From an uncultured Desulfocicer sp. (lineage in GTDB: Bacteria > Desulfobacterota > Desulfobacteria > Desulfobacterales > Desulfobacteraceae), in the NCBI GenBank assembly GCA_964433355.1, contig CAYSSE010000001.1, forward strand, positions 13,976-77,975: 64,000 bases of DNA, read 5' to 3'. The notes under the pieces were generated by a model that saw only the letters and a list, made by a program, of their open reading frames with translations, searched no databases and had not been told where the DNA came from. The number at the start of each line of letters is the position of its first letter. The stretch's first letter is position 1. Position numbers and translations under genes: made by a program. Below, piece by piece: positions 56,691 to 64,000 of this stretch.

Positions 56691-59600
56691 ATGAAAAGAA
56701 TTACCAATTATTTTCAATCACTCTTTCATGGGAAATCCCACGAATTTCAGCAAGAAATAATCGACAAGTTTCCTGCTTTGAAAGATGAAATTTTTGTGCT
56801 GGCATACATCGCCTATGCCGATCAAACTGTTCACCAGGATGCCAGTCAGTATATTCATGACCATTACAACCGCCACTACGCTCCTGAAATTATCAAAAAG
56901 ATAGTAAAGTATTTGCATCTCATCACGAAAAAGGGAAATGCCTTTCTCTGGCAGAGGCTGGAAAAAATCCGGGAAAAATATAAGGATGACCGGAATACCC
57001 TGTTGTTTTTCATGCTGGAATCCCATGCCGTTATAAAATTACAGAGCCCGCCATCCCCAAAAGCGCTTGAATATGTTGACAATCTGGCCCGATTATTTGA
57101 AATCACTCCAGAAGATCAGGCAATGCTTTGCCAATTGTTCAAGATAAAAAAAACACCTGAAAATCAATTAGACAAAAGCAACATCAAACTTCTAAAAATT
57201 ACCGGAGATATCAGCAACGCAGATGTTTTCTACCCAGATGAGCCCATTTATTTTTCAATCATACAGGCCCATCTCAATTATTACATCATTAATAACAGTG
57301 ATTTACATGATATTTTTGTTGGACCTTTTCCAGTACCTGCGTTTACCGTGGAAAGAATACCCGTCGATACTGCCGTGTCCTTCGGGCAGCACCAGATCCA
57401 TTATTCACATCTGGATCTTTTATTTAAGAACAAACTACTCTCTTTTACAGCTACCTCTTTTTTCAATGCTTTCGAAGACACCCTTTCCGTATCTGAAATT
57501 GAAACCGACAAAACGATCGCTGCGGTTTATTCCAAGGGGAACCTGAATCGACTGGTCTTGAAAAACGAACTGGCCTCGCTTAAAGTTAACGGTCATCCAG
57601 TCCAGGGAGCGGAAGTTTATATTCAGATTACTGATACCGTAAAAATTGATAATTTTCCCAAATTCAAGCTTATCAATTGTGGTGGAGAAAAAATTTATCA
57701 ACCAACGATCTTGCCCCATGGGCATGGCAACTTCTGCACCATTTCAACAAAAGTAGAAACATCTCCCAGCCATATCAGGCTTAAAGCACCTTCCGGCGCA
57801 TTGATTCATCTTAAAATTCAAAAAGAAAATAATTTTTACCTGCTTGACAGAGAGGATCAAAACGGCCCAGCAGTCTTTGTAAATGAACATATTGTAAAAT
57901 TCCCCTTTACACTGAAAGACGGGGACATTATCACAACACTGAACAATTATATAATTTTTGACAGCCATAAAAGTGAGCTGACCCATTATTTCCCTCGATT
58001 TTCGTCTTTTGCGGTAACTGAACTGATCTATAAATTCCATGATGGGAATATGGCTGTCAATAAAGTATCCTTTAAGGTAAATGCCGGAACGATGGTTGCT
58101 ATCATGGGGCCCAGTGGATGCGGCAAATCCACACTTCTAAATATTCTGAACGGCTCAGTAAACCCCTCTTCAGGCCGGGTCATGGTAAACGGACACAACC
58201 TCCATGAAAATTATCCGGCTGTGCGCAGCCAGATAAGCTATTCCCCCCAGGATGATTTGCTCTTCAGCAACCTGAGCGTATCGGAGAACCTTATTACCAG
58301 CACACAAATACGGAAACCTGCTCAATCACGCTCTGCTATCAATAAAAAGTGTCTCAAAGTCTTGGCAGATATCGGCCTATTGCGTAAAAAAGATGAAAAA
58401 GTCGGGGATGTGATCAAAAAAAACCTCTCCGGGGGCCAGCGAAAAAGAGTCAATATCGGAGTTGAACTAATGACGGACCCGGATATCCTCTTTCTGGATG
58501 AACCCACATCTGGCCTCTCTTCCCTGGACTCGGAACAGATTATACGAGTTCTGAAGCAAACTGCCCTTTTAGGCAAAATTGTTTTTGTTGTAATCCATCA
58601 ACCCAGTTCTGCCATTTTCAAAATGTTTGATCAGCTGATTCTGCTGGATAACGGCGGTAAACTTGTTTTTTTCGGTGATCCCAAAAATGCGGTTGCCCAT
58701 TTCAAGGATCATAAGAAAATGGCCGGAGATATTGAATGCACCCGGTGCGGGAATATGAACCCTGAAGTAATCTTTGATATTCTGGAGGAGAAGCTTCTGG
58801 ACAAGGACGGCAATCCCATTGAGGTGGAGGAACAGGGGAAAAAAATTCCAGTCAGAAAATACTGGCCTGCCTATTGGCGGAACCATTATAAACATTACTC
58901 CACCCATCTTCAGACAGTTGAAGATACCCTGGAAAAAAAAGAGCTACCTGAACCAGCGCCTTTTTCTGTAAAAGAGCGACTGAGGCAGACCGGGTCTATT
59001 TTTTACAGAAATTTTTTAAATGCCACCCGGGACATCGGAAATCTCGTGATAACTCTTTTGGCGGTTCCAGCTGCTCTGGCATTGTTCATCAGTTTTATCC
59101 TGATCACATCTTCTGCGGATACCCAAGGCAGCTCCTATGCAGCAAATGCTAATATCAGCACATTTTTGTTTCTCATGGTCATTGTGTCCCTTTTTTTGGG
59201 GCTGACCTGCAGTGCAGATCAGATCATTAAAGACAGAAAAATTCTTATCCGTGAAAAAATGCTGGATATGAGTATCCTGTCCTATTATCTGTCTAAAATA
59301 TGCACGCTTCTAATATTTGCCCTTGTCCAGAATATCCTCTTTCTTCTGGTGTCTGGCTGTATTCTTGACAATCTGACTCTGTTCTGGGTTTATCTGCCCT
59401 TCTGCTATGCCTGCTCTTTTGTGGGGATTACCATGGGACTACTGCTCTCCTCCTTTAATATTACAACCACTGCGGCTTATAATATTATCCCTCTGATCCT
59501 CATCCCCCAGATAATACTGGGCGGGGCCATTTTAAAGTACGATCAGATGAACAAACGCCTGTTAAGGACTTACAGCCAATCCGTCATCGAACGGAATTAT

Positions 59601-60089
59601 AAAGAGGACGACAGCCTGAATCTGATCCCTGAAATTGTCTACTTCATGCCTTCCTACTATGCCTTTGAAGGGGTTATGGTCTACAGCAAAAATCACAACG
59701 CCTATGAAAGCTATATGAATAAATTCCAAAAACAAATGAAATACTGGAACAAGCTGGCCGATGACGGTGACATCAGTGAAAAGGAAATTATAAAAAAAAA
59801 TGCAGAACTCGAATCCGCTCAGGTGGCGTTCAGACTAAAACACCTCCAGAATCGCTATCAAAATATGGATGTTTATGACGCGGTCAGCCAGGGAAAAATA
59901 AAATTCAATAAAAGATTGAAGATGGAAAGAGACAAAAAAAATCCTTGGTTTTTCGGTGTGTTTCTTTCCCCTGAAAAAATTGTATTTCACCGATATATAC
60001 CAACGCCTTATGTGAATTTAATGGTTCTCATGATAATGGGCGTTTTTTTTGCTGGCATGACATTGTTCCGTCTGGAAAAAAAATTATAA
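56691..60089 (+). CDS. ABCG-type exporter with N-terminal TerB-like and FHA-like domains
   Basis: GPSGCGKS, LSGGQRKR, LDEPTSGL, VIHQPS, CTRC linker, LIPQIILGG; FHA-like VFVNE..LKDGDII; start taken at ATG 56691. Confidence 0.85.
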   Translation: MKRITNYFQSLFHGKSHEFQQEIIDKFPALKDEIFVLAYIAYADQTVHQDASQYIHDHYNRHYAPEIIKKIVKYLHLITKKGNAFLWQRLEKIREKYKDDRNTLLFFMLESHAVIKLQSPPSPKALEYVDNLARLFEITPEDQAMLCQLFKIKKTPENQLDKSNIKLLKITGDISNADVFYPDEPIYFSIIQAHLNYYIINNSDLHDIFVGPFPVPAFTVERIPVDTAVSFGQHQIHYSHLDLLFKNKLLSFTATSFFNAFEDTLSVSEIETDKTIAAVYSKGNLNRLVLKNELASLKVNGHPVQGAEVYIQITDTVKIDNFPKFKLINCGGEKIYQPTILPHGHGNFCTISTKVETSPSHIRLKAPSGALIHLKIQKENNFYLLDREDQNGPAVFVNEHIVKFPFTLKDGDIITTLNNYIIFDSHKSELTHYFPRFSSFAVTELIYKFHDGNMAVNKVSFKVNAGTMVAIMGPSGCGKSTLLNILNGSVNPSSGRVMVNGHNLHENYPAVRSQISYSPQDDLLFSNLSVSENLITSTQIRKPAQSRSAINKKCLKVLADIGLLRKKDEKVGDVIKKNLSGGQRKRVNIGVELMTDPDILFLDEPTSGLSSLDSEQIIRVLKQTALLGKIVFVVIHQPSSAIFKMFDQLILLDNGGKLVFFGDPKNAVAHFKDHKKMAGDIECTRCGNMNPEVIFDILEEKLLDKDGNPIEVEEQGKKIPVRKYWPAYWRNHYKHYSTHLQTVEDTLEKKELPEPAPFSVKERLRQTGSIFYRNFLNATRDIGNLVITLLAVPAALALFISFILITSSADTQGSSYAANANISTFLFLMVIVSLFLGLTCSADQIIKDRKILIREKMLDMSILSYYLSKICTLLIFALVQNILFLLVSGCILDNLTLFWVYLPFCYACSFVGITMGLLLSSFNITTTAAYNIIPLILIPQIILGGAILKYDQMNKRLLRTYSQSVIERNYKEDDSLNLIPEIVYFMPSYYAFEGVMVYSKNHNAYESYMNKFQKQMKYWNKLADDGDISEKEIIKKNAELESAQVAFRLKHLQNRYQNMDVYDAVSQGKIKFNKRLKMERDKKNPWFFGVFLSPEKIVFHRYIPTPYVNLMVLMIMGVFFAGMTLFRLEKKL

Positions 60090-60169
60090 CACTATGGCAT
60101 CCGATTTATATAACATACACGGCAGTAAATCTCTGTCACAACAATCCTGATAGGAAGAGACTTTCCACT

Positions 60170-61672
60170 ATGTTTAAAGCAGTCTTCGAGAAAATGAATG
60201 ATCTCTACCAAAACAGCGCAGGGAGCTCTTCTGTATATGCAACAGCACAAAAAAAAGCATATATTTTTCCGATTATCGGAAGCCTGCTGATCCCTATCTT
60301 TGTAGGATTAATTTTTCCATTTACCTATTCCGGGATAACACTGTTTTCATCCCTGTTCACTCTAACTGCTACGATGTGTGCACTTTTTTCAATATTAATA
60401 GAATGGCAAAACAGTAATGGTCTGTTAAGACCCATCTTTGAAAAAATATTTTTTGTTGATCCTCAGTTTATTTTGGAAACAGATCTAAAAAATAAAGAGA
60501 TTCCCTATTGTACCATTTTTTTAATTTTCATCAATATCCTACTCTTTTTGATACTACCAGAGGATGTTGTCAAACAGGGAGTTTTTTTTCCATACAAAGA
60601 TCACCCGTCTCTGCTGAGCTCTATCATAAGTGTTTTTACCAGTGCATTTCTCCATGGAAATACTGGGCATCTTATGGGAAACATGCTCTATCTATTGGTC
60701 ATTGGCATGGCTGTGGAAACAAGAATAGGCATTATAAAATATACATTGTTATATATTTTATGTATTATATTTGCTAAAATATTTGTTTTTGTTATGCTAT
60801 TGACTCAATCCAAAGGGTTGGAACCGTTCAACTTATATGATTTCCACTCACTTGGTGCATCTGGAGCCATTTCCGGTTTACTGGGCATTTTTGCGGTCAG
60901 ATGTTATTTTTCAAAAATAAAAGTGGGGTTACCGTTTTTTGGAATTCCTTTTCTGGCCATCTTGCTGAAAGTAAACGGTACTCTCTTTATATCCTTTTTC
61001 TTTATAATGAATATTCATGGCAGTTTGACTCAGTTCCATTCTAAAAGTATTGGTATAAACCACTGGGCCCACGTTGGTGGATATTTGGGAGGCTTCATTA
61101 TGGCATATTTTTTACAGATTCATAAAGATGCTGCTGAAGAATCTGTCGAAGCAAAGGTGACATATTTCAAAGAAAATAATATTTTTGGAAAAGAAGCTAT
61201 TCAGACTTGCCAGGAGCGCCTTTTAAAGAATCCAGAAGATGAACAGGCACTTCGATACTTTCTTCATTTAAATCTCTATAACTCCAGGGAAGAAGGGGTA
61301 TTCTATTCCCGTCTGATTTCTTTGCTGGTAAAACAGAATAATATGGAAGAGGTCATAAAACTGTTAGATCAATTTTTTCCAAAACACCTAAATGAACTGT
61401 CGGGGAGTGCACTGACACGTATTGGGATGTATTATTACAAAAATTTCAACTACACCAGAGCCCTTTCCTGTTTTCAGTTAGCATGTGATCATAGGGGTGT
61501 TCATCAGGAAAAAGCAATATTTCAACTGGCAATTATTTTTGAAGAGATGGAAAGTTATGAACTTGCAGTAGAGCAATATAAAAAGATTATGACCCAAAAT
61601 CTGGACAATATATTTTTTAAGGAAGCTGTAAAAAGGTATAATTCAATTAAGAATCAAAAAAGAATAGCATAG
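60170..61672 (+). CDS. Rhomboid intramembrane serine protease with C-terminal TPR
   Basis: FLHG..HLMGNM, GASGAISG, HWAHVGG; TPR helices. Confidence 0.9.
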   Translation: MFKAVFEKMNDLYQNSAGSSSVYATAQKKAYIFPIIGSLLIPIFVGLIFPFTYSGITLFSSLFTLTATMCALFSILIEWQNSNGLLRPIFEKIFFVDPQFILETDLKNKEIPYCTIFLIFINILLFLILPEDVVKQGVFFPYKDHPSLLSSIISVFTSAFLHGNTGHLMGNMLYLLVIGMAVETRIGIIKYTLLYILCIIFAKIFVFVMLLTQSKGLEPFNLYDFHSLGASGAISGLLGIFAVRCYFSKIKVGLPFFGIPFLAILLKVNGTLFISFFFIMNIHGSLTQFHSKSIGINHWAHVGGYLGGFIMAYFLQIHKDAAEESVEAKVTYFKENNIFGKEAIQTCQERLLKNPEDEQALRYFLHLNLYNSREEGVFYSRLISLLVKQNNMEEVIKLLDQFFPKHLNELSGSALTRIGMYYYKNFNYTRALSCFQLACDHRGVHQEKAIFQLAIIFEEMESYELAVEQYKKIMTQNLDNIFFKEAVKRYNSIKNQKRIA

Positions 61673-61732
61673 CTGCCTTCAGAGTGATTGATTCTGTGAC
61701 CCTTTTGATTATTCAACCAGGAGAAAAACAAT

Positions 61733-62725
61733 ATGGATGAAAAGAACATCAATGCAATTATAAGCCGTTACCCATACCCCATTGCCATTCTTTACCGCAT
61801 CGTGGCTGGCATGGATTTGAAAGAAGAGCCGGCAAAAGGCCTGGAGTATATTCTACAGACAGCCGAAGCCATTGCACGCCTGCTGGGTATCATTGCACTT
61901 TCTGAATTGACTCTTTTAAAGGAACAGCAGGATATCGACATCCCGGCCGGGGTTAAATCCGAATTCAGAAAAAACATAAAAAGACCCAGCTTCGGAATAT
62001 GGCTTGGATTTGCACGGGAAGGATTTGCTTTTTTCAAGAAAAGTGGCGCTCAGACCATTATCCCTGAACTGAACGAGCTCTTTTATAACGGTCGCAAAGA
62101 GACCGAATTCAAGATAGCACTGGACAAACTGATAAAACTGAGAAATGCCATAGCCCATCGAAAAGTGGTGCTGGATACCATTGATAAACAGCAGACCGCA
62201 GTCCAAATCTCCCTTAATTATCTCCACACGGCTTTAACCGGCCTGGACTTTTTAAAGCAGGTCAGTTTTGGATACATTAAGTCCATTGAGGTGAACAAGA
62301 AGAGGCGGCAAAATCCTGAATTTCTGCATAAAGGCAAACTGCTCACAGGGGACAGCATCGGCAAAGGCATCAATCTGAGCAGCGTGCAGGATGAGTTCAA
62401 GGAGACCGACACCGTGATCATCCGGTATGACCGGAGCAGATATCTGAACCTCTATCCATTTTATATTTATGATGAGTCCTCAGGCGATGCAGTGGATGTC
62501 TTTTTTTACAACGGCATGGATAAAAAACGGCTGGAGTATATCGGCATCGATCCGGGCGGCAAGTTTTTTGTGGAGAATCAGGCACCCGAGGAGAGCCTGG
62601 ATATGGATGCGGAATTTGATCTTTTGATGTCCGGCGGCGGTATGAAAACGGATGAAAATAACATCAAATACTCTCCGGAGCTGCATGGAGAATTTGCCCA
62701 CATCACCTATCTGATGGACAAATAA
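61733..62725 (+). CDS. Hypothetical protein with HEPN-like RxxxxH motif
   Basis: YPYPIA, RPSFGIW, LRNAIAH, LNLYPF; AGGAG RBS. Confidence 0.6.
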   Translation: MDEKNINAIISRYPYPIAILYRIVAGMDLKEEPAKGLEYILQTAEAIARLLGIIALSELTLLKEQQDIDIPAGVKSEFRKNIKRPSFGIWLGFAREGFAFFKKSGAQTIIPELNELFYNGRKETEFKIALDKLIKLRNAIAHRKVVLDTIDKQQTAVQISLNYLHTALTGLDFLKQVSFGYIKSIEVNKKRRQNPEFLHKGKLLTGDSIGKGINLSSVQDEFKETDTVIIRYDRSRYLNLYPFYIYDESSGDAVDVFFYNGMDKKRLEYIGIDPGGKFFVENQAPEESLDMDAEFDLLMSGGGMKTDENNIKYSPELHGEFAHITYLMDK

Positions 62726-62736
62726 AGGGGATACTC

Positions 62737-64000
62737 ATGGTTGACACAGACAATTTTGAATCCTTTTTGGAAGAGATGCTGGAAAACGAAGATCTCTCCA
62801 GTGCTCAAAAAACAGCGCAGGCGGTTGAAGTCAAACCGGAATCTCAACCAGAAACTCAAAGTGAGCTTCAACCTGCAGCAAAAGAAAAAAAATCGGAAAT
62901 CACAAAGCGCAACCCCTTCAAGTTTCTGGACGCCTACACCCCTGATGATCTGGACATCTTTTTTGGCCGGGACATGGAGATCGCTGAGCTTTACCACACC
63001 GCCTTCAGCCACAAGGTAAGCGTAGTATTCGGCAACTCGGGCGCAGGCAAGACATCCCTTGTGCAGTGCGGGTTTTTATCCCGGGTTAAGCCGGAAAAAG
63101 CAGCTTTTTTCCCCATCCGTTCCGCCATTGATCCGCTATCTTCCCTGAAAACCGAGTGCATCTCTAAAATCTGTATCTATGATGATGAGAGCGACCTGTT
63201 TACCAATCTGACCCTTGCCGCCCAGACCCTTAAAAAAACCATGATCCTCTTCTTTGACCAGTTTGAGGAGATTTTTATCCTTCAGCCCCTGGAAACCCGC
63301 AGGCAACTGGCGATTCTGCTTAAAAAAATCATTCATTCCGATCTGGACATTAAAATTATCATGGGCATCCGTGAAGAGTATTTCGCCCGTCTGATAGAGT
63401 TTGAAAAAGTGATTCCGGATATTCTGTCCAACCGCATCTGGGTGAGAAACATGTCCGGCATGCAGGCGGAGAAGGTCATTGTCAATCCCTGTCAGGTGTG
63501 CGGCGTGGAGATTGAGCCGGATGTTCCCAAACAGGTGATCGCAGAGCTTTCCCAGGGCAAAGAGGGGGTTGAGCTGCCTTATGTGCAGGTGGTTATGGAC
63601 AATCTCTTCGGTCGGGCAGTTGAGCGAGACCCAGATCATCCGCATATCCGGTCGGCGGATTTTACGATCCAGGGTGGCGTCAAGAACATCCTCTCCAATT
63701 TTATCGAAGACCAGATCAAGGACATGTCGGATGTGGAAAAAACCAAACAGGTCCTAAAATCCCTGATTACCTCCGAAGGCACCAAACGCATACTTAATAT
63801 TGGGGGCATAGCCGATGCCTCATCCAACTACGGCGAAGCCATTGAGTTGGCAATGTTGCAGGAGATCTTAAGGGAACTTGTAACGCGGAGAATTTTGCGG
63901 GAAGATCCGGACAACGCTCTATATGAACTGCGCCATGACACCCTTGCATTCACCATTCTAAAGTGGATGAGCGGCATCGAACAGGAACTGATGGAGGTTC
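62737..64000 (+). CDS. nSTAND1-type NTPase; 3' end beyond the window
   Basis: Not in ORF track; hand translation from ATG 62737 gives an acidic leader, NPFKFLDAY..FFGRD, GNSGAGKTSL, FFDQFEE, IREEY, LPYVQV, YELRHD. Confidence 0.85.
   Translation, partial: MVDTDNFESFLEEMLENEDLSSAQKTAQAVEVKPESQPETQSELQPAAKEKKSEITKRNPFKFLDAYTPDDLDIFFGRDMEIAELYHTAFSHKVSVVFGNSGAGKTSLVQCGFLSRVKPEKAAFFPIRSAIDPLSSLKTECISKICIYDDESDLFTNLTLAAQTLKKTMILFFDQFEEIFILQPLETRRQLAILLKKIIHSDLDIKIIMGIREEYFARLIEFEKVIPDILSNRIWVRNMSGMQAEKVIVNPCQVCGVEIEPDVPKQVIAELSQGKEGVELPYVQVVMDNLFGRAVERDPDHPHIRSADFTIQGGVKNILSNFIEDQIKDMSDVEKTKQVLKSLITSEGTKRILNIGGIADASSNYGEAIELAMLQEILRELVTRRILREDPDNALYELRHDTLAFTILKWMSGIEQELMEV

Noticed and set aside
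62707-63827. Short ORFs listed near the window end
   Set aside because: Alternative frames of the nSTAND gene that starts at 62737 and runs off the window

Overview
Bacterial DNA. Gene content (Tat-exported HybA/HmcB-like FeS protein, sigma54 activator) suggests a Desulfobacterales-type deltaproteobacterium; this is an inference. Positions 1-0.9 kb hold a respiratory 4Fe-4S protein. From 2 to 13.7 kb lies a defence block: two truncated genes joined convergently, an HTH-SNF2 helicase-DUF4391-type III mod-RhuM-res operon, and a Phd/RelE toxin-antitoxin pair. An NRDE protein and a Pif1/HRDC helicase follow (13.7-17.5 kb). From 17.5 kb to the window end is a >46 kb conflict/immunity-type island with two outward-reading arms around an atypical sigma54 activator. 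The arms carry paralogous parts: TIR/DUF4062 and STAND receptors with WD40/TPR sensors, a RelA/SpoT-TPR-SLOG-RyR protein (plus a collapsed second copy next to an HD hydrolase), and two ABCG-type exporter cassettes with secreted partners. Single-copy parts are a tandem HSP90-like ATPase pair, a pseudokinase-trypsin receptor, NUDIX, rhomboid and a HEPN-like/nSTAND pair. The best candidate for an undescribed system is a Thoeris-like circuit in which TIR-type signals are read by a SLOG/RyR-gated alarmone synthetase. Two MITE families with 8-bp target duplications occupy the intergenic gaps. No tRNA, rRNA, CRISPR array, integrase or intact transposase was seen. All domain calls are by motif recognition, without database searches.
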